From the NCBI GenBank assembly GCA_051747585.1, contig JBNJGH010000015.1:1-46805 (forward strand): 46,805 bases of DNA. Reading direction: 5' to 3'. Made by a program: the position numbers and the translations under genes. Shown in pieces: positions 28,069-37,871 of the stretch (its first letter is position 1; each line of letters begins with the position of its first letter). The DNA comes from Candidatus Rifleibacteriota bacterium (GTDB lineage Bacteria > Muiribacteriota > Ozemobacteria > Ozemobacterales > Ozemobacteraceae). Below the pieces are notes generated by a model. That model was not told where the DNA came from. It saw only the letters and a list, made by a program, of their open reading frames with translations, and made no database searches.

Positions 28069-29308
28069 ATTTGCCGATGTCTTTACGATAATAAACCCTG
28101 GCAAGATCCAATCTGGCAATGTCGGTGTAGCATTTGTCTCTGGCTTCCTCTATTGTCGATCCTATAGAGGTTATACAGAGCAGGCGTCCACTTTTGAATT
28201 TTATTTTTCCACTGCTGGGCGATTTGCGGCAATTTGAAAAATATGTATAGCTGTTTTTTAATTTTTCCAGGCCTGCAATATGGGGCACAATCGTCTCTGA
28301 GTCGGGATATCCTTCGCGGGCTATAACAACCGATACAGCGCAATTCCTGCCGAATGCAACTTCCGAACCTACAGAGGTTAAGCAGCCATTGGCACAATCT
28401 TTTAACAGACAGGCCAAATCTCCTCTAAACCTTGTCAGGATGCTCTGGGTTTCTGGATCACCAAGCCTGGCATTGAATTCCAGAACTTTTGGGCCCTCAT
28501 CGGTAAGCATAAGTTGAATGGAAAGAAAACCACGATAAAGCAGATTATCTTCTTTCATTCCGTCCACAACAGGTTGTACGATTTCTTTGATGATGCGTTC
28601 TTCGAGTTCCTGATCCAAATCAGGCGATGGGCTTACTGAGCCGAGGCCTCCTGTGGTTGGTCCGGTTTCATTTTCGCCCGCCCTTTTGTAATCGCGACTC
28701 GAACTGAAAGAAATCCATTGTCTTCCATCGGTAAGAATAGAATAAGAGCACTCTTTCCCTTTAACTTTTTCTTGAAGGATTACTGGTCCCTTATTTTTGT
28801 TTAGAAGTCTTATGGCTTCAATTTCAGCTGATTTCTGGCTTGAACAGACCTGTACACCTGTCCCGTGCGAGAAGCCATCGCATTTAGCGACCCTTATTTC
28901 CGGGTTTTGAGCAAATGCTTCTTCTACCTCGTCTACGTTAACCGCTATGGCGGTAAAGGGAGAGGGAATATTGTGTCTGGCAATGAATTTGGCGGCAAAG
29001 GCTTTGCTGGTTTCAATCTTTCCGGCATCTTCGGCCGCACCAATAACTGGTATTCCTGCTAACACCAGTGCGTCGATTGTACCCTGTTCTACAAATTTAG
29101 AGCTCCCTGTTACGGCCATGTCTATTCTGTCTTTGAATTGTTCGACCAAAGCTATATTGTCACGGAATGGTATTCTTTTGCACAGGTTTATTTTGGCCAT
29201 GCCGGCATTTCCCGGGCAGGCAAAAATTCTGTGTACAGAAGGAGAGCGAGAAAGAGAATATACAAAAGAATGCTCTCGGGCACCTGAGCCAAGTACAAGA
29301 ATATTCAA
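28067..29308 (-). CDS. purD: Phosphoribosylamine--glycine ligase-like ATP-grasp protein (divergent)
   Basis: MNILVLGSGAREH, PGNAG, IETSKAFAAKF, RDYKRA, GPTTGGLGSVSP, EFNARLGDPETQ, YYRKDIG. TTG start. Confidence 0.8.
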   Translation of the reverse strand: MNILVLGSGAREHSFVYSLSRSPSVHRIFACPGNAGMAKINLCKRIPFRDNIALVEQFKDRIDMAVTGSSKFVEQGTIDALVLAGIPVIGAAEDAGKIETSKAFAAKFIARHNIPSPFTAIAVNVDEVEEAFAQNPEIRVAKCDGFSHGTGVQVCSSQKSAEIEAIRLLNKNKGPVILQEKVKGKECSYSILTDGRQWISFSSSRDYKRAGENETGPTTGGLGSVSPSPDLDQELEERIIKEIVQPVVDGMKEDNLLYRGFLSIQLMLTDEGPKVLEFNARLGDPETQSILTRFRGDLACLLKDCANGCLTSVGSEVAFGRNCAVSVVIAREGYPDSETIVPHIAGLEKLKNSYTYFSNCRKSPSSGKIKFKSGRLLCITSIGSTIEEARDKCYTDIARLDLARVYYRKDIGK

Positions 29309-29400
29309 AAAAACAGCTCCAATTTCAGGTAAAATAACTGACGACGCGCTATGATACTATTAAAACCTGTTTTCGTCAAGTGTACCGCCCGCTTGCAGGA

Positions 29401-29445
29401 TAAGAAAAAGCCACGAACCTGTAATTGGCTCGTGGCTTTTTCTTA
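29401..29445 (-). terminator. Intrinsic terminator downstream of the 526-aa gene
   Basis: 16-bp perfect inverted repeat TAAGAAAAAGCCACGA / TCGTGGCTTTTTCTTA. Confidence 0.85.
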
Positions 29446-29469
29446 CTGTAAAAGAGTTTATTAACTTAT

Positions 29470-31050
29470 TTATCTTAATGCTTTTTTAAGAGCGTTGTAT
29501 TTATCGGAATAGGTTTTAAGCTCTTCAAATATTTCTCTGGCACCTTTAGTGTCACCAGATTCAACCAGTCTGTTGTATTTAAGATAGGTGTCATAATATT
29601 TCTTTTCGACTGTTTTAAGCTCTTCTGTTGCATTTGTAGTTGTTCGACTGTTAATTGCAGCCGTCGTATTTTGCCGGTCTCCCATTACAACCGGGCCGTT
29701 TGTGCCCCCTCCGGCAACTGCTCCGATAGATACCGGGGAGCCTCCGTTTGGACGAGGCTGTTTTGAAGGATCAACCTGTGAGCCTCGGTTGAAAAGCGAG
29801 ACCTTTCGACCCTTGGTGAAGCCGGAAACCCATTTAGCTACTTTACTGCCAAGCATCCCGCCGACTATACCGCCTATTATAGGCCCTACTACCGGGATGG
29901 GTGCACCTAGTGCCATACCTATGGTTGATCCTATCGAAGAGCCAACCAGGTCTGTTTTGTCAATCTGTTTCCAGGCCCGGGCTATAGAAAAATTACCATT
30001 CTTCATGCCGGTTACCAGGTTGGCACCCATTTGTCCTGACCCTGAGGCAAACATTACTGGAATTACCGAACCTACCAATGCACCTACAGGTCCGGGTACA
30101 AAAGTTTTAACCAGGGTGGATGCAAATTGTCCCCCGGCGGCACCAAGCGCCGAGGCCGCTACACTTCCGGCAAATTCAAGTGATGCAACAGACTTAACAG
30201 CTTTTTTGAATGAGGGCTTCTCGCCATGAATCATGTCTATGGCTAAATTGGTTCCTACTGCTACCGTTGTGGTAACAGCCAGATTAGAAAAGGAAAAGCT
30301 GTTTTTTAAAGAAGCTTTTGCTTTTTGAGTTCCTTCATTTATTCCTTTAGAAAGCTTGCCGGAAAAAGAATCGGCATATTGAACTTTTTGTGAAGCATTT
30401 GCCGAAGCTTTTCTATCTACAACTTTGCCATCTTCAAAGCTTTTCTCTTTGCCGATAAGACCGACCTTTTGCCCTACCGCAAATATTTTTGCTCTTATAA
30501 CATTTACAATTGTCTGCAGTTTTTGTTTTACAACAGACAGAATTGATTTGAGTTTGGCAAGCATACCCGAAGCATTGGGATTTGCCTGAATTTTACCTGC
30601 CTGTGTCTCAAGCTGCTCGACACCGTAGGCTAATTGCTGGTCGAGAGGTAAGTTGGCAGGAGATTGGCCGCTCTGAAGACTTTGTTTGGCAGCTGTGCCG
30701 GAAGTTTTTAGAGTGCCGGTCAAAAGATTTTTTGCATTGCCCAAAATGGCTTTGACTCGCTCCGCAATGCCCATGGCTTCCATGTTTGTTGGCGCAACTT
30801 CATTATAAATCGGAGTCGAAACCTTTTCTATGGTGGAAATTGTGTTTTGAGCGGTTCTTAAATTTGCCTGTAATTGGTTTAGTTGAGGAAATACATTGTT
30901 CAATATAGAGACATCAACCGGTTGTCCGGTATTAACCGGGATGTCAACCTGATTGACAGTCTGAGCATAGGTTCCAGCGGTTGATAGAACAAAGAGTAAC
31001 AGGGTTAAAATTGAAATTTTTCTAACCATCGTTCTGGAAAAAATAGTCAT
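29470..31050 (-). CDS. Exported hypothetical protein with duplicated glycine-zipper hydrophobic hairpins
   Basis: Signal peptide, GGAGGG RBS, GxxxG-rich segments GSVAASALGAAGG...GPVGALVGS and GSSIGSTIGMALG...GPIIGGIVGGMLG. Confidence 0.75.
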   Translation of the reverse strand: MTIFSRTMVRKISILTLLLFVLSTAGTYAQTVNQVDIPVNTGQPVDVSILNNVFPQLNQLQANLRTAQNTISTIEKVSTPIYNEVAPTNMEAMGIAERVKAILGNAKNLLTGTLKTSGTAAKQSLQSGQSPANLPLDQQLAYGVEQLETQAGKIQANPNASGMLAKLKSILSVVKQKLQTIVNVIRAKIFAVGQKVGLIGKEKSFEDGKVVDRKASANASQKVQYADSFSGKLSKGINEGTQKAKASLKNSFSFSNLAVTTTVAVGTNLAIDMIHGEKPSFKKAVKSVASLEFAGSVAASALGAAGGQFASTLVKTFVPGPVGALVGSVIPVMFASGSGQMGANLVTGMKNGNFSIARAWKQIDKTDLVGSSIGSTIGMALGAPIPVVGPIIGGIVGGMLGSKVAKWVSGFTKGRKVSLFNRGSQVDPSKQPRPNGGSPVSIGAVAGGGTNGPVVMGDRQNTTAAINSRTTTNATEELKTVEKKYYDTYLKYNRLVESGDTKGAREIFEELKTYSDKYNALKKALR

Positions 31051-31169
31051 GATATATTTCCCTCCGCTCTCTTAAAAAGAGGCTTTTTGACGTGAAGTTG
31101 TACGGCTTTCTTCAATTATAAGGATCAGAGCAATTAGTGTCAACAAAGCCAGTCGGTTTGAAATTTGTT

Positions 31170-33770
31170 TTAATCCCAGTAAGGCCAGATAAGAAAAGCC
31201 TTGTAAGCATACTTTGCTGCTTCTTTTTCTTTCCCAAGGAAATCAGCTATCTTGGCTAATCTGTAATGGCTTTCAAAATACATTGGCTTTAAAAGGCAGA
31301 GCTCTTTTAATACTTCGTATTGGTAAGAAGGCATTTTCACCTGTTTGAATAAAGTTGCAAGAGCCATAAGATAGTCTACCGGTTCAAGTTCCCGTTGTTT
31401 TACCTGCTTTGCATACCAGGCGGGGAGATTTTCAAAATATTTGGGAGAAGCCCCTTTAGTTTGTAGAAATAGATAGGTCATTCCCAGGGGGAAATGCCTG
31501 CTGTAGTCAATAAAGCGACATAAAAAATTTTCTCTGGTGATTATTTTTCCGGTAAATGGGTCTTTTACAGTGCTCCAATTCAAGGTTTCCATCTGCTTCA
31601 TTATGATGTCAATCTGATCGCGTTGGGCAAATTCGATAATTGGCCATAAATCTGTATTAGTTTGCCACTCTTTAAGTATATCTGAAGACAGCCGGGCAAA
31701 AATATCAAGTGCAAGAAGCTTGGAATTAATAAACTCTTTGCTATTATATGGAAAACCCCATAGTTCAAGATCCTTGTTTAAGTTTTTATCGGCAATAAAG
31801 CTTGGGGGAATCGCAAATCGCAATGGCTGGTCTGAAGCTGCCAACACGTATGATGAACCACTGCATTGTGCCAGTCCGCAATATTTGAAGTTCTGATGCA
31901 AAGATTTCAGCAGTCCTTTCATGCCTTCGGAACCCATAGAAGAGGATATCCATGTTACAAAAACTCCTTCTTCGCTTAATTTGGATTTGGCAAGCTTCAT
32001 GTATTCAGTAGTAAAAAGTTTGCAGGCACCAAAAAACACAGGTTGCGAAACATTGTTCATTATTAAATCATATTTTTTACTTCGTCTCTGAGTAAAAGTT
32101 CTACCGTCAGCGAAGTGAACATTAACATTTGGTTTGCTGAACGTGTGTCGGGTTACTTCGGGATAGTTTTCATAAAACCAGGCGAAAGCTCTGTTAATTT
32201 CAACAAAATCGCATTGTTGGAATTGTTTCGCCAGAACTCCAGTGGTGATACCGGTTCCTATGCCCAGAACCAGTGCATTTTCTGTTTTGTTTGCAAAAGC
32301 ACCGGTCAGGATGCCGAGCATTGTTTCAGCTTCGTTTGAACTGGTTCGCTCATCTTTGAAATTAACGCTTAGATGCCCATTATAAACAAGATAGTGTTGA
32401 GAGCCTTGCTTATACACAGTGATTGAGTCCGTTCCTGATTTGTGAGTCTGAAGCAGGTCATAAGAATCCGGGTTGAGATAGCGAAAAATTGGGGCACCAA
32501 ACAGGCGGTTTTCGTCCCATGCAAAAGGAAAAGCGATGCATATTAATATTCCAGCTAAAGCCAGTCTTTTAAAGGCTGTGGTTTTTTTCCCTTCGTGGTG
32601 AATCCAGGCAAGGAAGATACTGGCAATCGTTATAAGAGTTAAATAAAGGTTAGCAGTTAAATTTGGGTGCAATACAAGAGCATAAAGCAGGTATCCAACT
32701 GTATTGCCTGCACAACCCCAGAAAAGGTAGTTGCCTGATTCAATTTCGATGGCGTGCTTTTCGTTAACTACTGCGGGAATTGTTGCAGAGTAAAAAAGCA
32801 GGGGCAATAATCCTAACGATGCCGCAAATATAAACGAAGTGAAAAAATTATCCAGACCAAAATCCATGATTACGGTGTCAATACTTGTTAGAACAGTGGG
32901 GAGAGGAAGGTAAACAATTCCAATCGCTATTGGAAGTAAAATAAGTGTCTGGCTGAGAGTGAGCTTGAGTTTTTTTACCAGATATGGGCTTAGAGAAACC
33001 GATAAAAGGGAGATGGCAATGCTTAAAGAAAAGTTTTCGTGTTTTGGAGTTAATACCAGAAAGCATACGCTGGCAAAAAACATTTGAAAAGTTGAGCTGA
33101 AAATACTTGAACCTGCAATTATCAGAGAAGTTTTGTCGATTCTTCCTGAAACTTCTGACCCCCGTTTTTCCGGTTGTGCCGCAATGTCACGGAAAAATAT
33201 CAGCAAACTCAATCCACAGAAAATATTTATCGCCGATATTGCATAAACGCTGTTGTTAAGTTGAAATTGTCGTAGAAATACAAATTCAATAAGTAGAATG
33301 CTGAAAAAAGCTCCGAAATTATAGACGGAATAAACTCTATGAAATGAGCGTTCAGGGCCGGCCAGTCTTTTCAGGTAACCTGAAAAGAGCGGAACACTTG
33401 TGCCTATAAAAAAGGTTGGTATGGCAAGTAAAAGTACTATAGATAAAATGTCGTGGTTGAGCATAAGCTCGCCCATCCTGGATTCTCCAGCGCCGGCAAG
33501 CATTGGCGAAAACAGTGCAGCATAAATTCCGGTTCCAATTTGCAGGTAAGCTAGTTTGCTGTGAAATTTATGTGCAAATACAGAGCCAATCGCAATCCCA
33601 AGAAGAAATGTGCTTAAGATTGCTGCGGTTATGCTGAAAATGTTGCCAAATTGCAGCTCAAGCATGCGCATATATAAAACTTCATAGGAAATTCCACTCA
33701 TACCTGAAAGCAGAGTAATAAAGATCAAAAAATTTATTCTTGAGCTGTTAGTAGTTTTAGAATTTGTCAT
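31170..33770 (-). CDS. Multi-TM membrane domain fused to a spermidine-synthase-like SAM-binding domain, with a C-terminal TPR-like tail
   Basis: LSGMSGISYEVLYMR, multiple TM helices, ALVLGIGTGIT, VEIN, ADGRTF, KYDLI, LFTTEY, LSEEGVFVTW. Confidence 0.85.
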   Translation of the reverse strand: MTNSKTTNSSRINFLIFITLLSGMSGISYEVLYMRMLELQFGNIFSITAAILSTFLLGIAIGSVFAHKFHSKLAYLQIGTGIYAALFSPMLAGAGESRMGELMLNHDILSIVLLLAIPTFFIGTSVPLFSGYLKRLAGPERSFHRVYSVYNFGAFFSILLIEFVFLRQFQLNNSVYAISAINIFCGLSLLIFFRDIAAQPEKRGSEVSGRIDKTSLIIAGSSIFSSTFQMFFASVCFLVLTPKHENFSLSIAISLLSVSLSPYLVKKLKLTLSQTLILLPIAIGIVYLPLPTVLTSIDTVIMDFGLDNFFTSFIFAASLGLLPLLFYSATIPAVVNEKHAIEIESGNYLFWGCAGNTVGYLLYALVLHPNLTANLYLTLITIASIFLAWIHHEGKKTTAFKRLALAGILICIAFPFAWDENRLFGAPIFRYLNPDSYDLLQTHKSGTDSITVYKQGSQHYLVYNGHLSVNFKDERTSSNEAETMLGILTGAFANKTENALVLGIGTGITTGVLAKQFQQCDFVEINRAFAWFYENYPEVTRHTFSKPNVNVHFADGRTFTQRRSKKYDLIMNNVSQPVFFGACKLFTTEYMKLAKSKLSEEGVFVTWISSSMGSEGMKGLLKSLHQNFKYCGLAQCSGSSYVLAASDQPLRFAIPPSFIADKNLNKDLELWGFPYNSKEFINSKLLALDIFARLSSDILKEWQTNTDLWPIIEFAQRDQIDIIMKQMETLNWSTVKDPFTGKIITRENFLCRFIDYSRHFPLGMTYLFLQTKGASPKYFENLPAWYAKQVKQRELEPVDYLMALATLFKQVKMPSYQYEVLKELCLLKPMYFESHYRLAKIADFLGKEKEAAKYAYKAFLIWPYWD

Positions 33771-36070
33771 GGGTTGATCATACTTGAGTTGAATGTGTAT
33801 ATAAATTCGCCGCTGCCGAGAATATATTCAATAACGGGCTTATCTACAGTGTGAACTGGTGTCCCGGATTTTTGGGCAGCATCTTTGCGTTCTTTATAAT
33901 ATTTTCGGGCTATGGGCACTACGTCTTTGAGGTATTTTTCAGGATCCTTTAGCTCGAATTTTTGAAAGTTCTTACGTGCCGCTTTGCTTAGCCTTTTGAA
34001 TTTAAAGTCCGTTTCCCAACCGGGGTAAGGTTCTTTGGGACAGACTGCTACATAGCTGTTTGCATACACCGGAAAAAGAAGGAATTCAGGGTAAACCTGT
34101 AACATGGTTTTAATTATCGAATCCAGAGCATTGCCCCAGACGAGAACTGTGAATACTCCACCGGGATTAAGGTGTTCTTTGAGCATTTTCATCGAGCTCA
34201 AGGTGTAAAACTGGGCACTGCCCTCGAGTGCCGGATCAGATATGTTGAGGTTAATTATATCCCAGCTCTGAGTTGCAAGCTCAACAAAAGATTTTCCATC
34301 GGTTAACAGCGTTTCGAATCTGGGATCTTCATGATAGGCAAAATTGTAATCAGAAAACATGGTTAATTCGTTAACCATGTAGGGCATTATTTCGATTGCC
34401 TGGATTTTTTCGGGCTCGGTATATACTCTGAAAGCCCCGGCAGTTATACCATAACCATTCCCGATTACCAGAACGTCTTTTGCCTGCTTTGCATAAAGCA
34501 TGGGCCAATGTGCCGCTGTCTCCTGAGCCCAGGCTGTTCTTAACGGCCCTGCAGGAGCTACAAGATAAGATTTGTTGGTTCTGGCCCAGAGTTTTTTATC
34601 TGACTTAAAAATACTGTGAAAACCGTATTCATCTTCGTTTTTGTATAATACCCGGGCATCAGGGGGAAAAACAAAAGGCAACATATAACCTGATTGAAGG
34701 AGGTAGGCGAGCAATACAATAATGGCAGAAACATAAGCCTTGGCGGCAAAGAACTTGGCCAGGCGATTACACAAAAATGATACCAATAGCAGGGTCGATG
34801 CGAGTAATGCAATACTTAAAGGAGTGCCCAAATATCTTGCGCCGATAAAGCCGGCCCAAAGGCTACCCAGTGAGCATCCGAGTGTGTTGAAAAATAAAGC
34901 TCTTCCAAGACTTTTAACCGTCTGGCTTTTTAAATCTTTGAGTGAGGCCAGTAAATATGGAAAGAGGGTTCCCAGAATTATCAGACTGAAAAGCATTGCT
35001 GTAAGTCCGGTTAAGAATAGCAATGGATAAGGGAACTTGTCTGACATATTCAACTTTATCAGGGCAAAAACCAGAGCAAATATAACTGGTTGTATTAATG
35101 CATTGACCCATAATATTTTTGCCAGAGAAGCAATACTCCTTTTTAATGGGAAACGGTTTCTATCGGTTTTTACCCAGACCGAAGCCGAGCCGAGGCCGGC
35201 CAGAATAGCAAAAAGCAGCAATGAAGAAGCCTGGACCCGGTTGCCGACAAAAAACTTTGCTGCTCTTTCCCAGTAAATTTCATAAGCCAGAACAATAAAT
35301 CCGCTCATAAAAGCCAGCGCATCAATGTAAATCTGTCTAAAACTTCCGATTTCAAAAGTTGAAACTTCTTTGTCGGCCGGCTTTTCTGAAATTGATTTTA
35401 TCGGGCTGTCTTTTTGTGGCCCCTTAAATGAAATGAAAAGCGCTATTAAAGCCGCTATTAAATCAAAACTCATTGAAATTAAAAGGGTGTTGTAGTAACC
35501 GAAATTTTTAACAAGAAAAAAACCGGTTAAAGCTGCTCCGGTGGCAGCACCTATGGTATTCAGCCCGTAAAGGAAAAGGGTGTATTCTCTTTCGCCTTTG
35601 GTTTCAGGCAGTCCTGCGGCCATAAGAGGGAATGTCCCGCCCATAGCCATTACCGGTAGGACGATTACCACAAAGGTTATAAGAAAATTAACTCCAATGT
35701 TAACCAGCATTCCCGATCCTTTGAAATCAATCAGAAGCTGGGTTAAAAAAGAAGAGTCGTGCATGAGCCAGGGAGTAATCAATAACGCGAAGATCCCGGT
35801 AAAAGCTTCAAGAAGGGCATATATTCTAAGATTTACTTTTGGGCTGTATTTTAAAAAACTGACGATATAGCTGCCAAACGAAAGAGACAAAAGAAAAGCG
35901 CTGAATATGCAGGCAGTTGCCTGAGAGGTCGAGCCGATGATGTCGCTGAACGCTCTTATCCAGATTACCTGATATACCAGAGCTGTAAATCCAGATAGAA
36001 AAAAAGCTATATACAAGGCTATCTGTAAACCTGATGTGCGACTCTGTGTTTGTTTCGAAGAATTATCCAT
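33767..36070 (-). CDS. Multi-TM membrane domain fused to a spermidine-synthase-like SAM-binding domain
   Basis: FLSGFTALVYQVIWIR, LYGLNTIGAATG, VLVIGNGYGIT, IEI, TDGKSF, WDII, HLNPGGVF. Stop overlaps the next ATG. Confidence 0.87.
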   Translation of the reverse strand: MDNSSKQTQSRTSGLQIALYIAFFLSGFTALVYQVIWIRAFSDIIGSTSQATACIFSAFLLSLSFGSYIVSFLKYSPKVNLRIYALLEAFTGIFALLITPWLMHDSSFLTQLLIDFKGSGMLVNIGVNFLITFVVIVLPVMAMGGTFPLMAAGLPETKGEREYTLFLYGLNTIGAATGAALTGFFLVKNFGYYNTLLISMSFDLIAALIALFISFKGPQKDSPIKSISEKPADKEVSTFEIGSFRQIYIDALAFMSGFIVLAYEIYWERAAKFFVGNRVQASSLLLFAILAGLGSASVWVKTDRNRFPLKRSIASLAKILWVNALIQPVIFALVFALIKLNMSDKFPYPLLFLTGLTAMLFSLIILGTLFPYLLASLKDLKSQTVKSLGRALFFNTLGCSLGSLWAGFIGARYLGTPLSIALLASTLLLVSFLCNRLAKFFAAKAYVSAIIVLLAYLLQSGYMLPFVFPPDARVLYKNEDEYGFHSIFKSDKKLWARTNKSYLVAPAGPLRTAWAQETAAHWPMLYAKQAKDVLVIGNGYGITAGAFRVYTEPEKIQAIEIMPYMVNELTMFSDYNFAYHEDPRFETLLTDGKSFVELATQSWDIINLNISDPALEGSAQFYTLSSMKMLKEHLNPGGVFTVLVWGNALDSIIKTMLQVYPEFLLFPVYANSYVAVCPKEPYPGWETDFKFKRLSKAARKNFQKFELKDPEKYLKDVVPIARKYYKERKDAAQKSGTPVHTVDKPVIEYILGSGEFIYTFNSSMINP

Positions 36071-36167
36071 TTTTTAACCTGAATTAAGTTGCTCTTTTAT
36101 ATCACAGAACTTCAATGGTATACAATTTATTGTAATAGCAAAATTATTGTATGAAATTGTTAAACTA

Positions 36168-37061
36168 ATGTCTGATATGAGAGAACAATTTATTATAAGC
36201 GCTTCGCGGCGCACCGATATTCCGGCGTTTTATGGCGAGTGGTTTCTTAATCGTCTAAAAGCAGGCTATTGCCTGGTAAAAAATCCCTTCAATCCAAAAC
36301 AGATAAGTAAGGTATCGTTAAAAAAAGAGGACGTTGCAGCGTTCATATTCTGGACTCGTAATCCGATGCCTTTTATGAGTGCTGTTGATAAGCTGCTTAA
36401 ACATAATTACCATTTTGGCTTTTTTGTTACTTTAACTGATTATCCGCGATCGATCGAATTAAATAAGGCAAAGACCCGCCAGGTGATAAATGCTATTCAA
36501 CAACTGTCTGAAAAGATTGGTTCAGAAAAAATTGTCTGGCGGTATGATCCAATCATATTGTCTAATAAATTTAATTTTGCCTGGCATTTGAATAATTTTA
36601 AAAAGCTTGCCGATCGGGTTTCTCCGTATGTCGAGGCTTGTTTCATAAGCTTTGTTGATTTTTACAAAAAAACTCTTTTAAATCTAAAACAAGCCGATCA
36701 ATTTGATGTAATTGCTAACCCTCTGCCGGAACCCGGCCTTGTCCAGTTTCTCCAAGCCCTTGAGGCCGTTTGCAGGCAGCATGATCTGCCAATTTATAAT
36801 TGCTGTGAGCCTGGAGAAATTTTCGACAAAGCAGGTATTGAATCGCCCGGTTGTATTAACCCTGAATGGTTGAAAAAAATAACAGATAAAAATTTTAATA
36901 TAAAAAAACACAAGGGCCAGAGAAAAGACTGTCGTTGTGTTTTCAGTCGCGACATCGGGGCTTATAATACTTGTTTGCATGGTTGTTTGTATTGTTATGC
37001 AACACGAAATCACAAGCCTGCAGGTCAAAGAAAACATAACCCTTTAAGCGAATTTCTCTGA
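36168..37061 (+). CDS. DUF1848-family protein with a C-terminal Cys cluster (probable Fe-S)
   Basis: IISASRRTDIPAFY, FWTRNP, WRYDPI, CRCVFSRDIGAYNTCLHGCLYCYA. Start uncertain (36147 TTG, 36168 or 36177 ATG). Confidence 0.85.
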   Translation: MSDMREQFIISASRRTDIPAFYGEWFLNRLKAGYCLVKNPFNPKQISKVSLKKEDVAAFIFWTRNPMPFMSAVDKLLKHNYHFGFFVTLTDYPRSIELNKAKTRQVINAIQQLSEKIGSEKIVWRYDPIILSNKFNFAWHLNNFKKLADRVSPYVEACFISFVDFYKKTLLNLKQADQFDVIANPLPEPGLVQFLQALEAVCRQHDLPIYNCCEPGEIFDKAGIESPGCINPEWLKKITDKNFNIKKHKGQRKDCRCVFSRDIGAYNTCLHGCLYCYATRNHKPAGQRKHNPLSEFL

Positions 37062-37104
37062 CAATTGCTTTTCATAACAGCCAGGCTGTTGTATCATTTT
37101 TTTC

Positions 37105-37854
37105 ATGAACAGAAAATGTCTATTTTTCTTATTTTTATATATTTTAATCTCATATAACCCTTTAATGGCATGGAGAAAATGGGAATTCGTGAACCCGGCG
37201 CATCTTGAAATCAAGGCCTGGCCTGAAAAAAAAGAAATTATTGCCGGTACGATTGCAACATTTACCATTCAAATCAGAAACCGTACCGATAAGACAATAG
37301 ATATCTTTTATCCGACCGGGCAGCGATGGGATTATGCAATTTTTCACCATGATACCCAGATATACCGATGGTCACAGGGACTTGAATGGGCAGAAGCACC
37401 CCATTCTGTTCCTTTAAGGCCTGGCAAACCAATAAAACACAAAATGAGCTGGAGATCGATAGACCGACTTGGAAGGCCTCTGCCTGTAAGTCGTTATCGC
37501 TTTACCGGAATGGTCATGACAAAACCCCGGCATCTGGTTTCGAACACCTGCTCAATAGATCTTTTACCGCCTGAAGTCAAAAAAAGAAAAGTTTTGACCG
37601 CGAAACTTAATCAGTTTTTTGAAATCGAATTGCCTCGCTATTCCAGTTATTATGAACTCAAATGGCAAATCAGGTATGAATACAATGATAATCGAATTGC
37701 CATTCACAACGTTGAAAAAACAAGTGATAAAACGATCATTACTTTTAAAGCCAAAAGAAAAGGGCATGTAAACTTTCATTTCTATGCAAGACGCGACATA
37801 CAGGATTTCGGCGATTCAATTGAACGTAGGTCCTATCGGGTTATCGTTAAATAG
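37105..37854 (+). CDS. Exported protein with a BsuPI-like proteinase-inhibitor domain and a C-terminal chagasin/I42-like Ig domain
   Basis: Signal peptide. IRNRTDKTIDIFYPTGQRWDYAI...IYRWSQG resembles the BsuPI pattern. LNQFFEIELP...W...TFKAKRKGHVNFHFYARR resembles the I42 pattern. Confidence 0.6.
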   Translation: MNRKCLFFLFLYILISYNPLMAWRKWEFVNPAHLEIKAWPEKKEIIAGTIATFTIQIRNRTDKTIDIFYPTGQRWDYAIFHHDTQIYRWSQGLEWAEAPHSVPLRPGKPIKHKMSWRSIDRLGRPLPVSRYRFTGMVMTKPRHLVSNTCSIDLLPPEVKKRKVLTAKLNQFFEIELPRYSSYYELKWQIRYEYNDNRIAIHNVEKTSDKTIITFKAKRKGHVNFHFYARRDIQDFGDSIERRSYRVIVK

Positions 37855-37871
37855 AAGAATCGGAGGAAAGA

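Noticed and set aside
26333..30229. Long antisense ORFs such as 26333-26947 (204 aa), 28947-29354 (135 aa) and 29702-30229 (175 aa)
   Set aside because: They are shadow frames overlapping well-supported genes on the opposite strand. The same applies to the other short nested ORFs in the track.
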